A DNA stretch of 64,000 nucleotides from assembly GCA_048447565.1 (NCBI GenBank), contig DBGAXC010000010.1, positions 838-64,837 of the forward strand, given 5' to 3'. Below, one piece after another: positions 54,480 to 64,000 of the stretch (positions are counted from its first letter, which is position 1; every line of letters starts with the position of its first letter). A program made the position numbers and the translations under genes. The notes below the pieces were generated by a model. It was not told the origin of the DNA. It searched no databases and saw only the letters and a list, made by a program, of their open reading frames with translations. Origin of the DNA: Collinsella aerofaciens. GTDB lineage: Bacteria; Actinomycetota; Coriobacteriia; Coriobacteriales; Coriobacteriaceae.

Positions 54480-55937
54480 TTACGCGGCAAGGCGCTTGAG
54501 GACGTCGATGAGCAGCTCGTAGAAGCGCTCGGCAGAAGCGAGCTCCATGCTCTCGTCCGGGGTATGGACATCGGAGAGCGTCGGGCCCACGGCGATGGCG
54601 TCCAGGCCGTGCAGAGCCTCGGCAAACAGGCCGCACTCAAGGCCGGCGTGAATGGACTCGATGCGCAGCTCGGAGCCAAAGAGCTCTCGATAGCTCTCGA
54701 CAAAGACTTCGCGGACCGGCGAATGCTCGGCATAGCTCCAGCCGGGATACTCAAACTCAAACTTGGCGTCGAAGCCCAGGACATCGGCCAGCGTCTGCAG
54801 ACGGTCCTTGAACTCGTTCTGCAGCGAGGTGATCGAAGAGCGCGGGGACAGCATAATCTTGACCTCGTCATCGGAGGTGGCGACCACGCCGATGTTGGAG
54901 GAAACCTCGACGGAGCCGTCGGTGGCGACGTTACGGCGAATCACGCCGTTAGGGGCAAGGCGCAGGGCGCGGATGAGGGCAAGCGCGGACTTCTGGTCCA
55001 TGGCCTCAACCTCGGCGTCGTCGGCAATCTCGACGGTGCAAGTAAAGCCGGGGTCGAAGACCTCGAGCTCGGCAGTGACGTCGGCGATGATGCCCTTTGC
55101 GATCTGGGCCGCGGCCTCGGCGGCAGCGTGGTCGGCGTAGACCAGAACAGCCTTGCACTCACGGTTGATGGCGTTGTCCTTGGTGCCGCCGTTAAAGCTA
55201 ACGATGGCGGGCTCGCCGGCAACCATCAGGCGGTCGATGATGCGGGCCATGATGAGGTTGCCGTTGCCGCGCTCCAGGTTGATATCGCTGCCGGAGTGGC
55301 CGCCCAGCAGGCCGGAGATGTCGAGCGTGAGGGTGCTACCGGTCTTGTGCTCGCGCGCGATCGGGCAGGTGTAGGTAACGACGACGCCGCCGGCACAGCT
55401 GACGGTGGCAACGCCCTCTTCCTCGGAGTCAAGGTTGATCATGGTGCGGGCGCTAATCTGGGACTTGTCGAGCGTCTCGGCGCCGACCAGGCCAGTCTCC
55501 TCGTCGGTGGTGAACACGCACTCGAGGGCCGGATGGGTAATCGAATCGTCGTTGAGCACGGTAAGCATAAGCGCGACGGCAATACCGTTGTCGGCGCCCA
55601 GAGTGGTGCCGTTAGCGGTGAGGACGCCGTCCTTGACGACCAGGTCGATACCATCGGTCGTAAAGTCGTGCTCAACGGAGCCCAACTTGTCGCACACCAT
55701 ATCGATGTGGCCCTGCAGCATCACGGTCGGGGCATTCTCGGCACCGGCAGATGCGGGCTTGCGAATGATGACGTTGTAGACCTCGTCCTGATACACATCG
55801 AGGCCGCGCTCCTTGGCAAACGCAACCAGGAAATCGCTGATGCCCTTCTCGTTGCCAGACCCACGGGGGATCGCGCTGACCTCCTCAAAGAAATGGAACA
55901 GCTGGGCGGGCTCGTAGCCGGTAATCTTGTAGTCCAT
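54480..55937 (-). CDS. pepD: Aminoacyl-histidine dipeptidase (M20C)
   Basis: LQGHIDMV, TTLGADNG, DEETG, NLDSEE, GGHSG, IHAGLECG, H.PDE. Confidence 0.93.
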   Translation of the reverse strand: MDYKITGYEPAQLFHFFEEVSAIPRGSGNEKGISDFLVAFAKERGLDVYQDEVYNVIIRKPASAGAENAPTVMLQGHIDMVCDKLGSVEHDFTTDGIDLVVKDGVLTANGTTLGADNGIAVALMLTVLNDDSITHPALECVFTTDEETGLVGAETLDKSQISARTMINLDSEEEGVATVSCAGGVVVTYTCPIAREHKTGSTLTLDISGLLGGHSGSDINLERGNGNLIMARIIDRLMVAGEPAIVSFNGGTKDNAINRECKAVLVYADHAAAEAAAQIAKGIIADVTAELEVFDPGFTCTVEIADDAEVEAMDQKSALALIRALRLAPNGVIRRNVATDGSVEVSSNIGVVATSDDEVKIMLSPRSSITSLQNEFKDRLQTLADVLGFDAKFEFEYPGWSYAEHSPVREVFVESYRELFGSELRIESIHAGLECGLFAEALHGLDAIAVGPTLSDVHTPDESMELASAERFYELLIDVLKRLAA

Positions 55938-56151
55938 GGTGCCTCCTTGGCGCAACTGGTTAGACAGTAAGACATGCGACTTGTATATTCCCAGACTTTG
56001 CGTGCATAAACCAGTCGAAAACGCCGAGCGCCCTCGCATCATCGGCTAACGGTGGACCGTATAACGTAACGGTCACAACTTCCGCAGCTCTACAAATCGA
56101 GGCGCCCTTTCCGGAGCGCCTCGATTGCGCGTATCAAATTGTCGCCACGCC

Positions 56152-58794
56152 CTACAGCGCGCCGGAACCGGCTTGCATCATGCCGCCGGGGCCCGAGGTC
56201 ACGCCGCCGCTCACGGGCGCGGCGTTGCCGGTGTGCGGTACCGCCGGGGCGGTATCGCCACCAAGCGTGCCCGCCGGACGCGGTGCCGGGATCTCGCCCG
56301 TGCCGCGGCTAAAGACAAACTTGCCATCGGCCACGTCGCACAGGACGGTATCGCCCTCGCCCCACTCGCCAGCCAGCAGTTCCTCGGACAGCGGATCCTC
56401 GATGAGCTTTTGGATGGCACGACGCAGCGGACGCGCGCCGTTGGTGAGGTCGGTACCCTCCGCCACAATCTTGTCGTAGGCCGCATCGGTAAGCTTGATG
56501 TTCATGCCGTTTGCGATCAGGCGCTGGCGCAGATCGTCCACCAGCAGGTGCGCAATCTTGGTCAGGTTCTCGCCCGAGAGCTTCTGGAACACCACGATGT
56601 CGTCGATACGGTTGAGCAGCTCGGGGCGGAACAGGCGCTTGAGCTCGCCCATCGCGCGGCCGCGGATCTCACTCGAGGTGAGGCCCTGCTCGCCGGTGGT
56701 GCCAAAGCCAACGCTCGCATCCTGCGCGATCTCGCGAGCGCCCACGTTTGACGTCATGATGATCACCGTATTGCGGAAGTCGACCGTCTTGCCCTGGCTA
56801 TCGGTCAGACGGCCCTCCTCCAACACCTGCAGCAGGATATTGAAGATGTCGGGATGCGCCTTCTCGATCTCGTCGAACAGCACGACCGAGTACGGGTGAC
56901 GGCGAACAGCCTTGGTGAGCTGGCCGCCCTCGTCGTGGCCCACATAGCCCGGGGGGCTACCGATGAGCTTGGAGACCTCGAACTCACTGCCAAACTCCGA
57001 CATATCGAAGCTGATGAGCGCGTCCTTGCTGCCAAAGAGATACTCGGCGAGCGTCTTGGCGAGCTCGGTTTTGCCCGTGCCGGTGGGGCCCAGGAAGATA
57101 AAGCTGCCGCCGGGGCGACGCGGGTCCTTGAGCGGCGAGCGGCTGCGGCGCACGGCCTTGGCAACGGCCTCGACGGCCTCGTCCTGACCGATGATGCGCG
57201 TCTTGAGCACGCTTTCGGCCTGCAGCAGGCGGCGGCTCTCGCTCTCGGTGAGCGAGGACACCGGCACGCCCGAGGTCACGGACACGATGTCGGCAATCTG
57301 GGAGACATCGATGGTGAGCGGGCTGGCGTCGAGCTCGGCCGTCCAGGCAGCCTTGGCCTCGGCGAGCTCAATCTCGGCAGCCTTTTGCTGCTCGGTGATC
57401 TCGGCGGCCTTGTTCATGTCGTCGCTCTCGGTGGCCTCCTGCGCGGCGGCCTTAAGCTCCTCCACGCGATGCTCGGCCTCGCGCACCGGCTCGGGCGCGC
57501 GGTTGGCGGCGATGCGGGCGCGGGCGCCGGCCTCGTCAATGAGGTCGATGGCCTTATCGGGCAGGAAGCGATCCTGGATGTAGCGGTCGGAGAGGTTCGC
57601 GGCGGCCTCGATAGCACCCTGCGTATAGCGCACATGGTGGTGCTCCTCGTAGCGCGGCTTGAGCGCGGTCAGGATCTTGACCGTGTCCTCGACGCTCGGC
57701 TCCTCGACATCGATGGTCTGGAAGCGACGCTCGAAGGCCGGGTCCTTGGTGAGGTACTTGCGGAATTCCTCGGCCGTGGTGGCGCCGATAATCTGGAAGG
57801 CACCGCGCGCGAGCACGGGCTTGAGCATGGAGCTCGCGTCGATGGAGCCCTCGGCAGAGCCGGCACCGATGATGGTGTGCATCTCGTCAATAAACAGGAT
57901 GACGTCGTCAGCTTCGGTGGCCTCCTGGATCACGTTCTTGAGGCGCTCCTCAAACTCACCGCGATACTTGGCGCCCGCAACGAGGCCCGGCAGGTCGAGC
58001 GTCCAGATGTTCTGGTTCATAAGGTTCTCGGGCACGTTGCCAGCTGCAATCTGCTGAGCCAGACCCTCGACGATGGCCGTCTTGCCCACGCCGGGGTCGC
58101 CCAGAATGAGCGGGTTGTTCTTGGTGCGGCGCGAAAGAATTTCCATCATACGCTGGACTTCCTTTTCGCGACCAATTACAGGGTCGAGCTCGCCGTCGCG
58201 CGCCTTCTGCGTAAGGTTGGTGGCGAACTGCTTAAGCGTATCGGTGCCGCTCCCCTTTTGCTGCGACGCGTCCGAGCCGCTAAAGAACGGCAGGCCCGCA
58301 CCGGGACGCCCGGCACCGGCGCCGGCGAGCGGACGCTTCTTGTCCTGGTCCTTGGCGGTAAGTTTCTCGATAGCCTTTTTGATGGAGGCGGACGACACAC
58401 CCAGGCGCATGAGGATATCCATGGCCATGCCGTTACCCTCTTCGACGATGCCAATCAGCAAGTGCTCGGTCGACACGTAGGTCTGGTTGTTCTCACGTGC
58501 CACGCGGAAGGAGCGCTCCATCACGCTAATGACGAGCGGCGTAAAGGCAAGCTTGGCAGCCTCGGTCTCCTCGCTGGGCTCGGGAACCGTGGTCTGGACC
58601 TCCTTGAGGGTGTCCATGATGTCGTCGTAGGAGATATCAAGCGAGCGCAGCGCCTCGGCAGCGATGCCCTCGTCCTCCTTGGCGAGTGCGAGCAGCAGGT
58701 GCTCGGTGCCCACCTTATTTGAGTGCAGATCGAGCGCCTCCTGTTTGGCCATCGACATGACCTTGCGCGCTCGATCGGTAAATCTATCTAACAT
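56152..58794 (-). CDS. clpC: ATP-dependent Clp protease ATPase subunit
   Basis: Two Clp-N repeats, [26 protein letters not shown]. Confidence 0.95.
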   Translation of the reverse strand: MLDRFTDRARKVMSMAKQEALDLHSNKVGTEHLLLALAKEDEGIAAEALRSLDISYDDIMDTLKEVQTTVPEPSEETEAAKLAFTPLVISVMERSFRVARENNQTYVSTEHLLIGIVEEGNGMAMDILMRLGVSSASIKKAIEKLTAKDQDKKRPLAGAGAGRPGAGLPFFSGSDASQQKGSGTDTLKQFATNLTQKARDGELDPVIGREKEVQRMMEILSRRTKNNPLILGDPGVGKTAIVEGLAQQIAAGNVPENLMNQNIWTLDLPGLVAGAKYRGEFEERLKNVIQEATEADDVILFIDEMHTIIGAGSAEGSIDASSMLKPVLARGAFQIIGATTAEEFRKYLTKDPAFERRFQTIDVEEPSVEDTVKILTALKPRYEEHHHVRYTQGAIEAAANLSDRYIQDRFLPDKAIDLIDEAGARARIAANRAPEPVREAEHRVEELKAAAQEATESDDMNKAAEITEQQKAAEIELAEAKAAWTAELDASPLTIDVSQIADIVSVTSGVPVSSLTESESRRLLQAESVLKTRIIGQDEAVEAVAKAVRRSRSPLKDPRRPGGSFIFLGPTGTGKTELAKTLAEYLFGSKDALISFDMSEFGSEFEVSKLIGSPPGYVGHDEGGQLTKAVRRHPYSVVLFDEIEKAHPDIFNILLQVLEEGRLTDSQGKTVDFRNTVIIMTSNVGAREIAQDASVGFGTTGEQGLTSSEIRGRAMGELKRLFRPELLNRIDDIVVFQKLSGENLTKIAHLLVDDLRQRLIANGMNIKLTDAAYDKIVAEGTDLTNGARPLRRAIQKLIEDPLSEELLAGEWGEGDTVLCDVADGKFVFSRGTGEIPAPRPAGTLGGDTAPAVPHTGNAAPVSGGVTSGPGGMMQAGSGAL

Positions 58795-58986
58795 GCTCGT
58801 TTCCTTACATGAGTTCATCGAAATCAAAACGCCCGCCCGTCGGCGGCGCTTTTGTCTCTTTACCCACAGGTTGTCTATGTTAACAGCTGGAGGAATATCT
58901 ATAAACCCGGCTCACATGAATGCAGGTTATGACCGCATCGCGGGACTCACCGCGCGATGCGCGACAGGCGCCCCGCAAGAGAAACC

Positions 58987-59676
58987 CTAGGCGTCTTTCA
59001 CCACGTCGGGACTCGTCGCACGCGATGCGCGATAGGCATCGGCCTCCTTGGAGACGCGTTCGAGCAGCTCGGATGTATCGACGCCCTCGACTTGCGCGAC
59101 CGTTTCCACCGTCTGCATGGCGACCGCCCTCAGGTACGCGCACGCGCTGTCCCCCGGCTGCTCGAGGTCTATCTCCTCGCCGCCCTCCCGGGCAAAGCCG
59201 ACCGCCATCACAAAGCCCATGATGCCCGAGACCAGAAAGCCCACCGCAAAGCTCGAATCTGCCTTGAGCTCTTCTCCGTCGGGGTGGACGATCTCTCTCA
59301 CGCGGTCGATGATGATCGTATGGATGCCCTGCACGACCTGCTCGGCGGCACCCGCCCTCATGGTGATGACGACGCGCCGCAGCAGGCAGCGGACGTCGCG
59401 CCGGTCGAACGCCGAAAGGTCGCCCTCGCTCGAAAAATGCCAGAGGGCATCGGTGATGAGCTCGTTATCCTGCAGCAGCTGGGCTATGGCGATGGCGACG
59501 AGTTCATCGAAATCGTGAAAATAGTAGTAAAACGTTCCGCGATTGCACTGGGCGGCGCGGGTCACCTCGCCAACCGACAGCTCGAAGATGCTGTTGTTCT
59601 CGATGAGCTCCCAAAACGCCTCGATGATACGGGTGCGTGCATCGGGCGCATCGGCGTCCTTACGCGGTCTCGCCAT
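58987..59676 (-). CDS. TetR/AcrR-family regulator
   Basis: MARPRK..ARTRIIEAFWEL..LSVGEVTRAAQCNRGTFYYYF. Confidence 0.88.
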   Translation of the reverse strand: MARPRKDADAPDARTRIIEAFWELIENNSIFELSVGEVTRAAQCNRGTFYYYFHDFDELVAIAIAQLLQDNELITDALWHFSSEGDLSAFDRRDVRCLLRRVVITMRAGAAEQVVQGIHTIIIDRVREIVHPDGEELKADSSFAVGFLVSGIMGFVMAVGFAREGGEEIDLEQPGDSACAYLRAVAMQTVETVAQVEGVDTSELLERVSKEADAYRASRATSPDVVKDA

Positions 59677-62600
59677 GCGCCTCACCGCACCCCTGCGCCT
59701 TGGCGTTCATGATGAGCATCTGAAGACGGTTCTCCACGTTGGCGAAGCTCACGTCGGGATCGTAGTCGAGCGGCAGGAACTGCGCCGTGGGATACTGCTC
59801 CTTGAGCGCATGGATGAGCCCGCGCCCCACGACATGGTTGGGCAGACACCCGAACGGCTGCAGGATCACGAAGTTGCGGCAGCCGCGCTTGGCGTGCTCG
59901 AGAATCTCCGCCGGAATCAGCACGCCCTCGCCCGCATCGAACGTATGGTGCAGGATCTTATCGCTCGCGCGCACGAGCTCGGGCATGCGCGTCGGCGGCT
60001 CGTAGAGCGGGCTCGCCGCGCCCAGGCGGTCGCAACGGTCGTGCGCGAGCTCGAACAGGTTGTCCGCCGTGGCGTACCAGGCCTTTTCGGGCAGCGACAG
60101 GTCGACGTGGAACTCGCGCGACTGCGCATGCTTGTAGAAATAGGTCTTGCGGATCACGTCGGTCATGCGCGCCTCGATGACCTCGAGCCCGTTGTCCTCG
60201 AGGTAGCGCTCGATCTCGTGGTTGGCGCCGAGATGGAAATTGAGCAGGTACTCGCCCACGATGAGAACGGTCGGATGCGGGTTCGAGCGGTCGTACGGAA
60301 CGGCATCCATGATCGCAAGCGCGCGTTTGAAGCCCGTCGCCTGGCCTCTCAGCCCGGAGCGCTCCATGCCCTCGATAACCTCATCGAGCGCGCGGTCGAA
60401 CGCAGCGTCCGCCGCGCCCTTCTCGAGCTCGTAGGGACGGATGCGCCTAAGCATGGCCTCGAGGGCATCGATCATGGGAAGACCGTAGGCGATCTGGATG
60501 CTCGGGCCAAGGCCGAGCTTGAAGCCCGGATGCGCATTGTGGGCATCGACGTCGTCGTTGGTGAGCACCGGGACATAGTCGTATCCCGCGTCGTCGAGCG
60601 CGCGGCGCAGCAGGGGCATGTAGTGCGTCAGGCGGCAGTCGCCGATATACTTGCCAGTCACCACGGCGACGTCGTGCGGGTCGTACTTACCGCTCTCGAG
60701 TGCCGCGAGCGCCTCGCCGATCACGATTTGCGCGGGGAAGCAGATGTCGTTGTGCACATAGCGTTTGCCCAGGCGGATGGCATCCTCGCGCCCGATATCA
60801 AGGGCCTCGGCGCGCACGCCCTGATTGCGCATCGCCGCGGTCATGAGCCTGCAGAACGCATGGGAGGTGTTGGGGACCAGCGCGATCTTGTCGTGCCGGT
60901 CGCGCTTGGTGTACTTGACCTTATACGGGTCGTCGAGCGGATGGACCGCGTGCACCCGGGCGCCCTCGGCACGCTCCTCCGCGCGACGACGGTTGACCGA
61001 CTCGATAAACGAACGCACGCGAATGCCCATGGGACCGGCGACGTCGCTCTCATCGAGCTTGATCATCATCGGAACCTTGGAGCCCATCTCGCCCATCATG
61101 CGCGCGATCTCGTCGGTGAGATACGCATCGTGGCCGCAGCCGAAGCTGCCCATCTGCACGAGCTCGAGCTCGGGCGTCGATGCGACGATGACCGCGCACG
61201 ACAGCATGCGCGCATGGTAGTTGTTCACGATGTCGATGCGGCTGTTGGAAAGATCGACGTTGCAGACCCCCGGCACCGCATCGGGCGTCAGCACGGGGAT
61301 GCCGCGCTCAGAGAAGAGCTTGGGCAGCCCGTGGTTGACCAGCGGGTCGTTGTGGTACGGGCGCGAAGCGATCACCACCGCGTAGCCGCCGTCCTCGTGC
61401 ACGTTCTCGAGCACCTGCCTGCCGCGCAGCTGCAGCTGGTTCTCAAACGTCTCCTGCGCGCGGTCCGCCTGCTCGGTCGCCTTGGCAACCAGGTCGGCAT
61501 CGATATCGAAGGTCTCCTTGCACCACGCCTTGAGCTGGCGGTTTCGGTCGCCCTCGTCGTACCAGTGGAACAGCGGCGTATCGAACGGAACGCCGAAACG
61601 CTCCTCCGGGTTATCGGAATTGCGCATCACGTAGGGGTATCCCTTTACGACGGCGCACATCCACTCGCTGGTAGAGGCGGTGTTTTCGGTGGGCACCGTC
61701 GTGATGATGGGCATGAAGATGCGGTCGACGCCGGCGTCGACGAGATTGCGGATGTGCCCGTGGACGAGCTTGGCCGGGAAGCACACGGTGTCGGATGTGA
61801 CGTGCGCCAGACCGCGCTCGTACATCGCCTTGGTGCTGCGTCCCGAGACGCGCACCTTAAAGCCGAGCGTGCTGAAGAACGTCGACCAGAACGGCATGGT
61901 GTCCCAGAACTCGAGCACACGGGGAATGCCGATCGTGACATCGCGCCCCCCGCTGACGGGAACCGTGGGGTACGACTCGAACAGCAGCTTCTCGCGGTCG
62001 ACAAAGAGATTGGGGGCAGCCGCGGTCCGGTCGCGCCCCGTGCCGGGTGCCTGTGCCTCGCAAGCACCCTGCGGACGCAGCTCCTCCGCCGCGGGAACCT
62101 CGCGCACGAGCTCATCCCATGAGATGGCGCCGCCGCGCGGGCAGCGATTGCCCGTGACGTAAAGCGAGCCGTCGCCAAATGCCACGACCGCGCGCTGGCA
62201 GCGGTTGTTGCACCGACGGCAGGTAACGCCGCCGAACTCGCGATGCTCGAAGCGCTCCACGGCATCGAGCCCGATAAACGACGTGCCGGCGTCGCCCTTG
62301 CGGCATTCCTCGCGCGCGAGCAGGGCGATACCGATAGCGCCCATCAGCCCCGGGTGGGGCGCACGCGTGACGGGTTTGCCCAGATACTGCTCGAATGCGC
62401 GCAGCACCGCGTCGTTTCGGAACGTGCCGCCCTGGACGACGACTTTGTCGCCCAGACGGTTGAGATTTGAAACGCGAATGACCTTGGTGAACACGTTCTC
62501 GATAATCGAACGGCAGAGACCGGCCATGATGTCGCCCGGACCCTTACCGCGCCGCTGCTCGGAAACGACGCTGCTGTTCATGAACACCGTGCAGCGGCTG

Positions 62601-64000
62601 CCGAGAACGGCGGGGGCTTTGGACGAAAATGCCTCGGTCGCGATATCCTCAACGGCTATTCCGAGGTTTTTGGCAAAACCCTCGAGGAACGAGCCGCAGC
62701 CCGCAGAGCACGCCTCGTTGACGACGATATCGGTCAGCACGCCGTGGTTGAGCCAGATGGCCTTCATATCCTGTCCGCCGATGTCGAGCACGAAGGTCGC
62801 ATCGGGAACGCATGCGCACGCGGCGCGGGCGTGCGCGACCGTCTCGACCGTATGGTAGTCGGCGTGGAACGCGCGCGCGAAAAGCTCCTCGCCGTATCCC
62901 GTGGTGCCCACGGCATCGATCGCAAGCGTGACTCCCGCTGTCTCCCAGCGGTTCTTCAAGCTGACAAGACCCTGTTGGGCGACGTCGAGCGGTCTGCCGT
63001 TATTAGACGCGTAGAACGAATCGACAAGCTCACCCGCCTCATCGACCAGGGCGAACTTGGTCGTCGTGCTCCCCGAATCGATACCGAGCGCCACACGCAC
63101 CGTCTCTCCGGGCGCATACGCATCCGGACCCTTTGCCGGCGTCTCTTTGCCATGGCGTGCCGTAAAATCCGCCTGCTCGGCAGGTGTGGCAAAAAAGGGC
63201 TGGGCAAGACGTCCCTCCCCGCTTGCGGGCGCGACCGTCTCGAGCTTATCCAGCCGGACAAAAGCGTCGGGAAGGTCGATCGGTTGGGACGATGCGAACA
63301 TGTCGGTCAGCGACAGGGCGGCACCGCGCGCGACCATGATCTGCGGATCGCGCGGGACGATAACCTGATCGTCCGATAGATTCAGTTGCTCCCGGAACAC
63401 GCGGACCAGTGTGGGGTTGTAGGCGAGCGTACCGCCCTCGAAGATTACCGGCGGCTCGATGTCGATACCCTGGGCCAGACCGCCGATCGTTTGGCGGGCG
63501 ACCGCGTGAAGCGCCGAAAGCGCCAGGTCGGTGGTAGGAATGCCCTCGTTGAGCAGCGGCTGGATATCGGTCTTTGCGTACACGCCGCAGCGGCCCGAGA
63601 CCTCGTGGACGGTCGTTCCCCGGCTTGCGAGCTGCTCGAACTCGCCCGATTCGGTGCCGACCCCCATGAGCTTTGCCATCTCGTCGATAAATGCACCGGT
63701 ACCGCCTGCGCACGAGCCGTTCATGCGCATGTCGGCAACCTCGATGTCTCCCTTATCGTTGGTGCGGAAGAAGATCATCTTGGCGTCTTGGCCGCCCAGC
63801 TCGATGGCGCAGCGCGTCTGCGGATAGAACCTGCTGATCGCGAGCGCGTTGGCGACCACCTCCTGAACGTACGAGGCGCCCAGCGCGGTCGCGATATCGC
63901 GCGCACCCGAGCCGGTCACCGCAACGCGCAGTGACTCATGGGGAAAGCGCTCGGCGAGCTCGCCGAGCATGGCGCGCACGCTCGCTGTCTGACACGCCCC
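59660..64000 (-). CDS. Multidomain 2-hydroxyacyl-CoA dehydratase activator-like protein (partial, start beyond window)
   Basis: Two ASKHA activase modules (ELGGQDAK/CAGGTG and DIGGQDMK/CSAGCG), CFPAK, SFGCG, QPFGCLPNH; frame open to 64000. Confidence 0.92.
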   Translation of the reverse strand, partial: GACQTASVRAMLGELAERFPHESLRVAVTGSGARDIATALGASYVQEVVANALAISRFYPQTRCAIELGGQDAKMIFFRTNDKGDIEVADMRMNGSCAGGTGAFIDEMAKLMGVGTESGEFEQLASRGTTVHEVSGRCGVYAKTDIQPLLNEGIPTTDLALSALHAVARQTIGGLAQGIDIEPPVIFEGGTLAYNPTLVRVFREQLNLSDDQVIVPRDPQIMVARGAALSLTDMFASSQPIDLPDAFVRLDKLETVAPASGEGRLAQPFFATPAEQADFTARHGKETPAKGPDAYAPGETVRVALGIDSGSTTTKFALVDEAGELVDSFYASNNGRPLDVAQQGLVSLKNRWETAGVTLAIDAVGTTGYGEELFARAFHADYHTVETVAHARAACACVPDATFVLDIGGQDMKAIWLNHGVLTDIVVNEACSAGCGSFLEGFAKNLGIAVEDIATEAFSSKAPAVLGSRCTVFMNSSVVSEQRRGKGPGDIMAGLCRSIIENVFTKVIRVSNLNRLGDKVVVQGGTFRNDAVLRAFEQYLGKPVTRAPHPGLMGAIGIALLAREECRKGDAGTSFIGLDAVERFEHREFGGVTCRRCNNRCQRAVVAFGDGSLYVTGNRCPRGGAISWDELVREVPAAEELRPQGACEAQAPGTGRDRTAAAPNLFVDREKLLFESYPTVPVSGGRDVTIGIPRVLEFWDTMPFWSTFFSTLGFKVRVSGRSTKAMYERGLAHVTSDTVCFPAKLVHGHIRNLVDAGVDRIFMPIITTVPTENTASTSEWMCAVVKGYPYVMRNSDNPEERFGVPFDTPLFHWYDEGDRNRQLKAWCKETFDIDADLVAKATEQADRAQETFENQLQLRGRQVLENVHEDGGYAVVIASRPYHNDPLVNHGLPKLFSERGIPVLTPDAVPGVCNVDLSNSRIDIVNNYHARMLSCAVIVASTPELELVQMGSFGCGHDAYLTDEIARMMGEMGSKVPMMIKLDESDVAGPMGIRVRSFIESVNRRRAEERAEGARVHAVHPLDDPYKVKYTKRDRHDKIALVPNTSHAFCRLMTAAMRNQGVRAEALDIGREDAIRLGKRYVHNDICFPAQIVIGEALAALESGKYDPHDVAVVTGKYIGDCRLTHYMPLLRRALDDAGYDYVPVLTNDDVDAHNAHPGFKLGLGPSIQIAYGLPMIDALEAMLRRIRPYELEKGAADAAFDRALDEVIEGMERSGLRGQATGFKRALAIMDAVPYDRSNPHPTVLIVGEYLLNFHLGANHEIERYLEDNGLEVIEARMTDVIRKTYFYKHAQSREFHVDLSLPEKAWYATADNLFELAHDRCDRLGAASPLYEPPTRMPELVRASDKILHHTFDAGEGVLIPAEILEHAKRGCRNFVILQPFGCLPNHVVGRGLIHALKEQYPTAQFLPLDYDPDVSFANVENRLQMLIMNAKAQGCGEAHGETA

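Overview
High-GC actinobacterial chromosome segment, most consistent with Coriobacteriia (Collinsella-like; inferred from gene content and protein sequences, not from a database search). The backbone is housekeeping and mostly on the minus strand: clpC, pepD, disA-ispD-ispF-cysS-rlmB-NYN, tRNA-Thr/Tyr/Thr/Met, tuf, rpmG, tRNA-Trp, secE-nusG-rplK-rplA, then about 29 kb of metabolic/accessory genes, then rplJ-rplL-galU-rpoB-rpoC and an ECF sigma/anti-sigma pair. The standout is a 7.3 kb integrase-free island (16.4-23.8 kb). It is bracketed by ~140 bp diverged direct repeats that contain the 3' end of the neighbouring MFS gene. It carries a tightly coupled four-gene operon: dynamin-like GTPase, giant HerA/FtsK-like ATPase with a Ser/Thr-rich insert, HNH-type nuclease toxin with a repeated PDKLI leader motif, and a probable immunity protein. 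This is a candidate undescribed toxin-delivery or defence system. The intergenic DNA holds several distinct palindromic families: two long hairpins with unrelated arms but a shared, covarying core (AGTCCTG..AGCACATTAAGTGCT..CGTGCGGAA), a 62-bp-period array, an ~80-bp-period array, a 65-67 bp hairpin in three copies and GGGAC(A/G)G REP-like elements. RNA polymerase is atypical: beta' has an alpha-CTD-like C-terminal domain and beta has an 8-residue insertion in fork loop 2. Also notable are a solo HTH-HipA-like kinase with a 22 bp inverted-repeat operator and a ParB-like/BMP fusion paired with a metallophosphoesterase. All product calls come from motif recognition by eye.
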